The translations under genes were made by a program, and so were the position numbers. From the NCBI GenBank assembly GCA_963817915.1, contig CAWFQL010000018.1, positions 50,965 through 114,964 on the forward strand: a DNA stretch of 64,000 nt. The letters are read 5' to 3'. Below are positions 55,994 through 64,000 of the stretch, piece by piece (position 1 is the stretch's first letter; every line of letters starts with the position of its first letter). The notes beneath the pieces are model-generated. The model was given only the letters and a program-made list of their open reading frames with translations, was not told the origin of the DNA and did not search any database. The DNA comes from an uncultured candidate division Zixibacteria bacterium (GTDB lineage Bacteria; Zixibacteria; MSB-5A5; UBA10806).

Positions 55994-57268
55994 ATGAAGA
56001 GGTTCTACTGTTTTTTAGCAACGCTGATAGTTTTGTGTAGCGCCTTCTCGCTACCTTTGCTAGCGCATGCCCAGAATATCGAATATGTCGGCTCATATGA
56101 TTCACCCGGTGATGCTCGGGGGATTTGTGTAGTTGGCAATTACGCATATGTGGCGGATGGGATGACTAGGTCTCCAGATTATCGATGTATCCAACCCAGT
56201 CATTCCCGTACTATGCCGGAAATTACAACACTCCGGACTATGCCAAAGATATTTTTATCGTCGGCCCCTATGCTTACTTGGCAGATGAGCAATCCGGTCT
56301 TCAAATTATCGACATTTCTAACCCGGCCAATCCGGTATATAAGGGAAGTTACGATACGCCAGGCGTTGCGATGGATGTTTTTGTTATGGGTAATTACGCA
56401 TTTGTGGCGGATTGGAATCTAATGGTCTTCAAATTATTAACGTCTCCAACCCGGCCAATCCAGTGTATGCAGGAAGCTATGATACGGTTGATTGTCTCTG
56501 GCGTTTTTGTATTGGGCAATTACGCTTATGTATCAGTTTATTGGAACATACGGAGCGGTTTCGGAGGAGGGCATTGGATATTGGACGTATCTGACCCAGT
56601 AAATCCTGTTTATGCCGGGAGCTATGCTCGGAAATTTGCACTGCAAGCGGCGTTTTTGTATTGGGCAATTACGCGTATGTGGCGTCATGGACTTTGGGTC
56701 TTCTTATTATCGACGTCTCCAATCCGGCCAATCCAGTATATGTTAGGAACTATCATACGCCTCACAGATGCTTTGGGCGTATTTGTATTGGGCAATTACG
56801 CTTATATCGCTGACGCAGATTCGGGCCTTCTTATTATCGATGTTCCAACCCCTCAAGCCCGTTATTGGCAGGAAACCATGATACGCCGGGCTCTGCTGAG
56901 GGCATATTTGTTTTGGGAAATTACGTCTATGTGGCGGACTGGTCTTCGCTTCAGATTCTCCGCTTTACGCCCACCGGAATTGCAGAAGGCGAGAAACTGC
57001 CGACCAATTTCTCCCTCTCCCAAAACTACCCCAATCCTTTCAACGCCCAGACCACGATTCAGTATTCTTTGCCTACGCAATCTGATTGTGTCAATTGACA
57101 TCTTCGACATCCTTGGCCGCAAGATAGAGACGCTCGCAGAAGGAATGAAACCGGCGGGAAATCATCAGAGCGATTTGGGATGCCGGCGATCAGGCGTCGG
57201 GGATTTATTTCTACAGAATAAAGGCTGGGGATAAGATCGAGACCAAGAAGATGACGATGATGAAATGA
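55994..57268 (+). pseudogene. Second secreted LVIVD-repeat protein with sorting domain; many frameshifts as sequenced
   Basis: RBS ggagg, signal peptide; LVIVD repeats scattered over ORFs 55982, 56185, 56412, 56865; ends ...KKMTMMK* at 57268. Confidence 0.75.
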
Positions 57269-57302
57269 TTATTTTTACTAACAAGCAACTTTGGAGGAAA
57301 AT

Positions 57303-59756
57303 ATGAAACTGGCGTTTTTGACTTTGTGCTTAGTACTAATCCCTTGCATCTTGTCATTTGCCTTCGTGCCGCTTTTTGACGCGCGACTCGATTTTGAAGT
57401 TGGATCACCACCCAGCTCTATAGTTGCCTCAGATTTTGATGGTGATGGCCAAAGTGACCTGGCAGTTGGTTGTACAGGCGGGATTTCGATTATGAAAAAT
57501 AATGGCGACGGGACATTCCGGCTTCAATTTGAATTTCCCATGAGATGGTCTGGTAGAGATATCTTCGCTGCCGATCTTGATGGCGATGGTGTTGACGATC
57601 TAATAGCCACGAATGGAGACAGCATTTCAATTTTAATAAATAATGGAGACGGGACGTTCCTGCCGAATGTCGGCTTCATTGCAGGAAATATGCCCGTTTC
57701 AGTTTTTGCAGCTGATCTCAATGGCGACGGAGATAATGATATCGCCGTAGCAAATTATTTATCGAATAATATTTCCATACTGCTGAATAATGGCAATGGG
57801 ACTTTCCAGGCTCCGGTGAATTATGAGGCTGGAAGCGGACCGAATACAGTATTTTCGGCTGACCTAGACAACGATGGTGATAAAGACCTTGTTGCGTCAA
57901 ATTCAGATAGCCGCAACATCTCATTGTTGATTAACAACGGCAATGGAACCTTTCAAGCCGCTAGTAATTACAATCTATGGGGACCCCAAAGCTGGTCAAT
58001 AATAGCGGCCGATCTCAATAATGATGGGTACTACGATCTGGCGGTTAGTCAAACTGGTCCGCCGGGCGATATAGAAATAAGCGGAGTTTCAGTCTTATTG
58101 AATAATCAAAATGGAACCTTTGGAACACCGATCTTTTACAATACACCTAACGGCTCTGCTTCAGTTTTTGCATCAAACTTAGATGGCGATGGCGATAATG
58201 ACTTGATAACCGCAAACTACTATAGCGGTAATGTCAGCATTTTAAGCAATCACGGCGATGGAACATTTGAAGAACCCATAAATTATGCGGTTGGCACTGG
58301 GCCAAGTTCAGTATATGCAATTGATGTTGACGGCGATGGAAATAATGACATTGTTACAGCAAATTCAGATAGTTATACTATCTCATTCCTGAAGAATAAA
58401 GGCAGCGGAAATTTTATTCAGGAACCAAGTTATTCTGTTGGATATTACCCCTTTTCCATCTTTGCATCAGATTTCAACGGCGACGGGGATAAGGATCTGG
58501 TCGTAACAAACGGCGATTACTATCTCAACTACCAGATATCTATCTTGATGAATGACGGTAATGGGGCTTTTGAGCCGGCAGTCAATTACGCATTGGCCTC
58601 CGGGCCAACGTCGGTCATTGGAGCCGATCTTGATGGCGATGGCGATAATGATATAGCAGTAACACGCTGCAATTGCGTCACGGTATTCATCAATAACGGC
58701 AATGGAATATTTCAATTGATGGGTAATTATCAGGTTCCTTCCTGTCCGTCGTCTGTTTACGCGGCCGACCTTGATGGCGATGGGGATAATGACCTGGTAA
58801 CTTCAAATGAGAGGGCAGATAACATTTCTATCTTACTAAATAGCGGCGATGGAGCATTTGGAGAAGCCATTAATATTGGCGCAGGAGAAGGGCCGATCTC
58901 GGTGCTTTCCGCTGATTTTGACGGTGATGGTGATAATGATCTAGCGGTCGCCAACGATCGTTCCAATGACATTTTTGTTTGGAACAACAATGGCGACGGG
59001 ACATTTCAAGCGCCAGTAATTTACCCAGTAGGGCGAACCCTCAAATCGCTTTTCGCAGCCGATCTAAATAATGATGGCCATATTGACTTAATAGCTTCGG
59101 GTGGTCCAGGTCGTCCTCGTGGTGGTATCTCGCTATTTTTTAATAATGGCGATGGAACATTTTCTCCAGGCGCCTTTTATGAAGCTGGCTTTAATCCAAA
59201 AGTAGTTGTCGCAGCCAACCTTGATAATGATGGAGATAATGATTTGGCGGTGGTAAATTATGATGACAACAATATTTCGCTTTTTCTAAATGACGGTGAG
59301 GGTGTATTTCATCAAGCGATCGTCCGATATGGCTCTGGAGGCTACCCAAGTTCAGCCGCTATCGCTGATTTTGACGGAGATGGCGATAATGACATAGCGG
59401 TGGCGAATTCTGCCTCTCATACAGTCTCTATTTTGACTAATAGCACAATCTTAACTTCCATAGGCGATCGACACGATGATGGTTCGATCCCCAAATTCCT
59501 CTCTCTATCCCAAAGCTACCCCAATCCATTCAATGCCCAGACTATGATTCAATACTCAATACCAACGCAATCAAATGTATCGATTGACATATTCGATATT
59601 CTCGGTCGAAAGATAGAAACGATTGCAGAGGGAATGAAACCTGTAGGCAATCATCAGGCTATATGGGATGCCGGCGATCAGGCTTCCGGGATTTATTTCT
59701 ACAGAATCAAGGCTGGGGATAAGATCGAGACGAAAAAAATGATGATGATGAAATAA
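57303..59756 (+). CDS. Secreted FG-GAP/VCBS repeat protein with C-terminal sorting domain
   Basis: About 14 D[LF]DGDGD.D[LI]...N.G.G.F repeats; [12 protein letters not shown]. Confidence 0.9.
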   Translation: MKLAFLTLCLVLIPCILSFAFVPLFDARLDFEVGSPPSSIVASDFDGDGQSDLAVGCTGGISIMKNNGDGTFRLQFEFPMRWSGRDIFAADLDGDGVDDLIATNGDSISILINNGDGTFLPNVGFIAGNMPVSVFAADLNGDGDNDIAVANYLSNNISILLNNGNGTFQAPVNYEAGSGPNTVFSADLDNDGDKDLVASNSDSRNISLLINNGNGTFQAASNYNLWGPQSWSIIAADLNNDGYYDLAVSQTGPPGDIEISGVSVLLNNQNGTFGTPIFYNTPNGSASVFASNLDGDGDNDLITANYYSGNVSILSNHGDGTFEEPINYAVGTGPSSVYAIDVDGDGNNDIVTANSDSYTISFLKNKGSGNFIQEPSYSVGYYPFSIFASDFNGDGDKDLVVTNGDYYLNYQISILMNDGNGAFEPAVNYALASGPTSVIGADLDGDGDNDIAVTRCNCVTVFINNGNGIFQLMGNYQVPSCPSSVYAADLDGDGDNDLVTSNERADNISILLNSGDGAFGEAINIGAGEGPISVLSADFDGDGDNDLAVANDRSNDIFVWNNNGDGTFQAPVIYPVGRTLKSLFAADLNNDGHIDLIASGGPGRPRGGISLFFNNGDGTFSPGAFYEAGFNPKVVVAANLDNDGDNDLAVVNYDDNNISLFLNDGEGVFHQAIVRYGSGGYPSSAAIADFDGDGDNDIAVANSASHTVSILTNSTILTSIGDRHDDGSIPKFLSLSQSYPNPFNAQTMIQYSIPTQSNVSIDIFDILGRKIETIAEGMKPVGNHQAIWDAGDQASGIYFYRIKAGDKIETKKMMMMK

Positions 59757-60130
59757 GACAGCAGACCAACAGTCGAATTATGAAGCGCGGCGTTCGGCCA
59801 TTGTTTTCTTAGAATGACTTACTACAGTGAATTCATTTTCTGAAAAAGCTGTTGTCTGTCAAGCTTTTCTGGGTTTGAGACCCGAAAGTCAGATTGACCC
59901 GTTAATTCTAATCTTTTCTTATAATCGTCACAATTATCATATTTGAAGATATTGAAGTTGAAAGAATGATGCCGGGATATGAGAAGCATATGTTATGGTT
60001 GAAAGAGAATGAGTCGCCGATGACATTGTAAAACAAATATTATTTGGCCCCGACCTGCGCCTGGAAGTAATGGTTACGTTAGAAAGAACTTGCTTATTGA
60101 TTTGGCGTCTCTTAATTTAAAATATGTTAC

Positions 60131-60416
60131 GTCCAAAAAAGTTTGAAAACGTACACTTTTTGGACACCAGGCCAAAGGGTGCCTCCGCGGTGAATACCGT
60201 AACATGTTGTGGAGTAAACAATTAGAGTGCTGCGAAAGTGGCGGAACTGGCAGACGCGCTGGACTTAGGATGCGACCGGGGCCTTTTTCTAACCCACCAA
60301 AACACATCGTATTATAATGTGATACATGGAATTATACGAATTTTCGTCTTGGCTCACTTTGGCCTATTTGGGGCCGTTTTGGCTTATTTATAGACACTTT
60401 TTGGACACCCAAAAGC
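60131..60416 (+). repeat. attP-like junction between tandem islands: arm motifs, tRNA 5' half, then right arm
   Basis: ACACTTTTTGGACACC at 60153-60168 and 60394-60409 (also 41663-41678); inverted partial copy GTCCAAAAAAGT at 60131-60142; 60232-60416 repeats 41501-41685. Confidence 0.8.
60232..60271 (+). tRNA. Second copy of the tRNA-Leu(TAG) 5' half
   Basis: Identical 40 nt to 41501-41540, again followed by GCGACCGGGG. Confidence 0.88.
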
Positions 60417-60578
60417 ATTTTCAAAAAAGCAATCATGCCAAAATGGCAGTAGCATTTTGCCTTGTTGAAATTGGATGGACCCAATTTCCTTTTGCTTCGA
60501 TTTGAACAAAATCCTCAGCAAGCTTTGATTATATTATTAAGTGCATCCTTAAGCAAATCATCGGAAGAAGAGTACGAT

Positions 60579-61319
60579 TTATTTGCCATTGTTTTTGCAA
60601 TGATTATCATCACATTCTTCCGGGGATATCTTCATTGAACCAAGAATTGATTTTACTTTTTCGACTATTTCAATACTTGTGTCTGCAATTATATTGCTTT
60701 GCTCTTTCCCGGCATATTTACTGCATCGCAAGTATTCATATACAAATTCTGAAAACGTCTCTTTCGTTTCTTCGGCATTCCGCATTGAAGGCAATAACTT
60801 TCTGAATTTGTATCTAAAATGTGCGGATCTGATTTTGGTGCTGATTTTGAATGACACATAAGTTACAAAAAATAAACTGCCCCAAAAGAAAAAGAATCCA
60901 AATGTCGAAAAATTGCCCGACCCTTTTGCTTGCTCCAATGAAGGTAGGCCAACCGATGCAATAAAATAGTCTATAGCATTCTCCAAGGTACGCACTATAG
61001 ACGTACCTGTCTGTATGGGCATTCCTGATAGATCATATACGCCTGTATCTTTAATTGTACTTGTCCAATCATTGAGCATAAGAAATCCAATAATTGATGC
61101 TACAGAAATAATAGATCCCCTGATATAAGCGCCGAATCCCGTTAATCGATTATACTTGTAATTTAATTTAAAGCGCGTCCACATGGTAGCGTGCCGTTCG
61201 TACAGTTCTTCAGTAGGAAGCTGAGACTTTAATTGTCGCTCTCTAATTAAGCATTCCTGAATTGTATTTTTATAAACTTCAGTAAATACCTCAGTTTCAG
61301 TGCGTCTAAATATCGACAT
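60579..61319 (-). CDS. Hypothetical membrane protein (two TM segments)
   Basis: Hydrophobic stretches IISVASIIGFLML and FGFFFFWGSLFFVTYV. Confidence 0.65.
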   Translation of the reverse strand: MSIFRRTETEVFTEVYKNTIQECLIRERQLKSQLPTEELYERHATMWTRFKLNYKYNRLTGFGAYIRGSIISVASIIGFLMLNDWTSTIKDTGVYDLSGMPIQTGTSIVRTLENAIDYFIASVGLPSLEQAKGSGNFSTFGFFFFWGSLFFVTYVSFKISTKIRSAHFRYKFRKLLPSMRNAEETKETFSEFVYEYLRCSKYAGKEQSNIIADTSIEIVEKVKSILGSMKISPEECDDNHCKNNGK

Positions 61320-61390
61320 TACTTACGCTTCTTTCATAAATCCAAAAAGTCTCGAGTATCGCGGCAAGCAAAATAAAAGCAAGTTGTCAT

Positions 61391-61969
61391 TTACTTAATA
61401 GAAATAAAAATCTTATTAGTAATATCATTTAGCATACCAAGTAATTCTGCGGCCATATTTGGCTCTTCCTTTTCTAATAAACGATATTGCTCCAAGGCCT
61501 GACCTTTTTTGCCTAATTTCGCAAAAGCTTTTCCGAGTTCAAAATGGTTTTCTACACGATCGTCCATTTTTATTGTGGTCTCCCATTGCTTGACGGATTC
61601 CTCGAATCGATTTAACCTGTAATATGCAGTTGCCGCACCACATAATGAATCATAATTTTCTGCATCTAGCAAAAGCCTTATACGAAACTGCTTTAATGCC
61701 TCTATATATTTTCCAGCATAAAGGTTGTTCCATGGATCTAAAGAATCAAGATAATTGCCTTTCAAAAGGATACCCAATAAAGTGAGATCGGCGCATCTAC
61801 CGGCAATATAGCCCAGTATTAGCAAATCTTCTGATAATAAATCCTCTCGGTCAAAATCGAAGGGTATATGATTGTCCAAGTTTTTACGGATATTAATATC
61901 ATAATCCTTATTCTCTAAGTGCGCTAAAATTAGTTCATCCAATTTGTTTTTCATGTATTTCTCTCCCAT
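61391..61969 (-). CDS. TPR-containing hypothetical protein
   Basis: AATAYYRLNRFEESVKQW and HFELGKAFAKLGKKGQALEQY TPR-like repeats. Confidence 0.7.
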   Translation of the reverse strand: MGEKYMKNKLDELILAHLENKDYDINIRKNLDNHIPFDFDREDLLSEDLLILGYIAGRCADLTLLGILLKGNYLDSLDPWNNLYAGKYIEALKQFRIRLLLDAENYDSLCGAATAYYRLNRFEESVKQWETTIKMDDRVENHFELGKAFAKLGKKGQALEQYRLLEKEEPNMAAELLGMLNDITNKIFISIK

Positions 61970-62061
61970 GATGATCGAATTTATTAATGATTATGTATCT
62001 TTTATAATAATTCTTCTATTAAAAATCATACGCAAAATAGTGCGACCGATATCTTCAAGGT

Positions 62062-62847
62062 TTAGGGAAATTCACAGCGGAATTCCCCAGTTTCAAAGTA
62101 ACGCTTAATAAGATAATTTGCCGATTTTGACTGTAATTGAATAGCGCTGCAGTGCAGAAATTCCCTGAGTCTTTTCCCACTACAGTAGGGGGATACCTTA
62201 TCTATTAAATTACTTGGAATAGATGGTATATAGCTATTATTTTTATGTTTTATTCCAACCAGTGCAATTTTGGGACCATTGGGACGTAAAGTGACTTGAT
62301 TTAAATCATTGTAAATTGCCTCATAATATTCTTTACCGGCCGCGATAAGAACTTCATCTGACGTGCTGAGATTATTAACAAGGTCATGAATCGATTTGGG
62401 CCTATTTGTGTTCTGTAAGATTCCTTGAGTCATAAGCAAGTCCCACCATCGTTTGCTTAAGTCGATTGGATTTAAATTGCCAAAATACTTCCTTTGATAT
62501 AAGCTATCACAGACATTAGCTTTGAAGGTAGCACAATATCCGGTAATCTTATCTGAATGGTTTATCAATCCGTAGCCACATGAAATGATCCATAGATTTG
62601 CTTTATTATTAGTACAACTCTTAGCTGTATTATATGCTTCACAGGATGCGCTCCAAAGTGCCGCGGCATACACGTCTATCGCCTGTTGTCGGGGCAAAGT
62701 TGGTTGCTGCAAAATATTTGTCCATTCTTCAAATAAACTGCTGACGTCATTATTTATTCCCTTGCGAATTAGATTGTCGATAGCTGTCGTAATACTGGGA
62801 CCTTCTAATTTCTTTTTCCCAACGCATGTCACGATCAAATGGAACAT
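62062..62847 (-). CDS. YaaA/DUF6884-like protein
   Basis: HLIVTCVGKK, AIDVYAA, LWIISCGYGLI...ITGYCATF, LIAAGKEY; RBS ggagg. Confidence 0.6.
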   Translation of the reverse strand: MFHLIVTCVGKKKLEGPSITTAIDNLIRKGINNDVSSLFEEWTNILQQPTLPRQQAIDVYAAALWSASCEAYNTAKSCTNNKANLWIISCGYGLINHSDKITGYCATFKANVCDSLYQRKYFGNLNPIDLSKRWWDLLMTQGILQNTNRPKSIHDLVNNLSTSDEVLIAAGKEYYEAIYNDLNQVTLRPNGPKIALVGIKHKNNSYIPSIPSNLIDKVSPYCSGKRLREFLHCSAIQLQSKSANYLIKRYFETGEFRCEFP

Positions 62848-62881
62848 ACTATGCCTCCAAGTATTTGAGTTATTCTTTTAT

Positions 62882-63868
62882 CTACAGCTTTCTAATGTGA
62901 ACAATTCCGGTATTTTCAGACTCTATCTCAAATCTGCCTGTTAGCCCCGCACGATAAATCGCTCTGACCACAGACTTGTTTATTACAGGCGAATAGGTAT
63001 GGTTCCTTCTCTCAAAGCTAGCAAAGTGGTTTTGGATTTCTACAGTGTCTTGCCCAGTCCATCTAATTTCAGCAGCGACATGAATATGTATTTTGTCTCC
63101 TCGTAATAAAGATTCAATTTGGCGGTTTAAATCAATACCTACTTCCTCGTCATGTATGCCACCATTAGCTCTGCGTAGGTTGTAATTACTTGTAATTGAC
63201 AGATTATCGCCTTTATTATTCCTATTCCTGTTTTTATTTTTCCCCTTTTTATTCAACAAATTTGGATTAATCTGCTTTGAAAATTGTATGATCTCACTCT
63301 CAAGATTCGGATGAAGCGGCACATTGCTGCCATATAAATTAATGCTTATGCCCATATGCCAATTTATTATTACAAGATATATAGGCATCTTAAGTATTGG
63401 CGGCTGGTAGGGCTTTTTAAATAATTCTTCTGCCCAATTATCGTGTCTTCCTCCACTAGATTGGTTAAATAGTGAATTGCTTAGCTGGCCGATATGCCAA
63501 TAATTTCCATTACCCCATCTGGCAAAGGCGGCCGTATTATTTCGGATGTTTAGTAAATTTGAGCTGATCGGATGCTTTCTTCCCTCTTTTTCTGTTTTGC
63601 CGACATAAAGCGGAAAGTAAAATTCCCTATCTTTATCCAAATACTTTTTGCACATAATATAGAGAAATCCTTGCCAATCGCTGCTTCCAATATTATTGTC
63701 AACTACACTTATTATAGTTTCTTTAAGATTATCTGAAATACATAATACCTGTCTATTTCTCACTGGTTTAGTTTTTACAGCGAGATCGTCTTCGTCAAAT
63801 ATTGGAGCAATAATGGCTCTTGAAGCGTGCATCCAATCATTTAATGCTCTTAAATTATGATCAGGCAC
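62882..63868 (-). CDS. Hypothetical protein with GIY-YIG-like nuclease motifs
   Basis: GFLYIM...PLYVGKT, later R, LESEII and LLN in GIY-YIG order; RBS aaggagga. Confidence 0.55.
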   Translation of the reverse strand: MPDHNLRALNDWMHASRAIIAPIFDEDDLAVKTKPVRNRQVLCISDNLKETIISVVDNNIGSSDWQGFLYIMCKKYLDKDREFYFPLYVGKTEKEGRKHPISSNLLNIRNNTAAFARWGNGNYWHIGQLSNSLFNQSSGGRHDNWAEELFKKPYQPPILKMPIYLVIINWHMGISINLYGSNVPLHPNLESEIIQFSKQINPNLLNKKGKNKNRNRNNKGDNLSITSNYNLRRANGGIHDEEVGIDLNRQIESLLRGDKIHIHVAAEIRWTGQDTVEIQNHFASFERRNHTYSPVINKSVVRAIYRAGLTGRFEIESENTGIVHIRKL

Positions 63869-64000
63869 TCTTCCTCCTTTATTAAAATCCTATTTTATTC
63901 ATTTTATCGATATTGGATTTGTCGAAATTCCCTTCTCGTTCCATCTCCGCACATCTAACAAAATCTTCTTGTGTGATTATTTTATAATCTCCCTGTCTTA

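Larger units (their letters stand above)
52112..59756 (+). repeat. Five highly similar, about 255-bp sorting-domain-coding repeats
   Basis: Copies at about 52112-52370, 54129-54382, 55481-55736, 57008-57268, 59496-59756 (ctctcccaaaactacccc...gagacgaaaaa.atgatg.tgatgaa.stop). Confidence 0.85.
41541..60271. mobile_element. Genomic island 1 (about 18.7 kb) integrated in tRNA-Leu; no integrase recognised
   Basis: Bounded by an about 185-bp direct repeat (41501-41685 vs 60232-60416) containing the tRNA 5' half; accessory cargo only. Confidence 0.75.
60272..64000. mobile_element. Left end of genomic island 2 (continues beyond the window)
   Basis: Starts with the same att arm as island 1; visibly more AT-rich; co-oriented hypothetical genes. 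Confidence 0.65.

Noticed and set aside
52112..59756. Diversity-generating retroelement or integron attC array
   Set aside because: No reverse transcriptase or IntI. The repeats are coding, non-palindromic, and their differences are not adenine-specific by eye.
60198..60213. Third NrdR box (GTAACATGTTGTGG)
   Set aside because: Single, half-matching site inside the att arm; more likely chance or a host-factor (IHF-like) site.

Overview
Bacterial chromosomal DNA from an FCB-group-like organism. Cys-rich dockerin-like C-termini, 'YPNPFN' sorting domains, and DUF4159/DUF2723 genes suggest candidate phylum Zixibacteria (inference). Bases 1-41.5 kb are mostly core genome: secreted multidomain proteins, a GH35-like enzyme, nrdJ-thyX under tandem NrdR boxes, an M28 peptidase, SDR, HNH, methyltransferases, a DUF4159-DUF4175-TPR-DUF2723 cluster, a patatin-POTRA-BamA fusion, a triple cupredoxin, Fe-ADH, bcp and an IDH-family enzyme. 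The main surprise is at 41.5-64 kb. A promoter-bearing tRNA-Leu(TAG) gene is cut at its anticodon loop. The same 5' half plus about 150 bp of att-like arm recurs 18.7 kb later with arm motifs on both sides. This fits a tandem array of islands that supply the tRNA 5' half rather than the usual 3' half. Island 1 has no visible integrase. It carries two paralogous membrane Ser/Thr kinases, a GAF-sigma54 activator and five secreted-protein genes ending in near-identical sorting-domain DNA. Island 2 starts with AT-rich, defence-like genes. Separately, the 124-bp NrdR-box promoter of thyX-nrdJ is duplicated in inverted orientation in front of a structured leader and an HNH gene. Many genes carry single +1 frameshifts that are probably sequencing or assembly errors.
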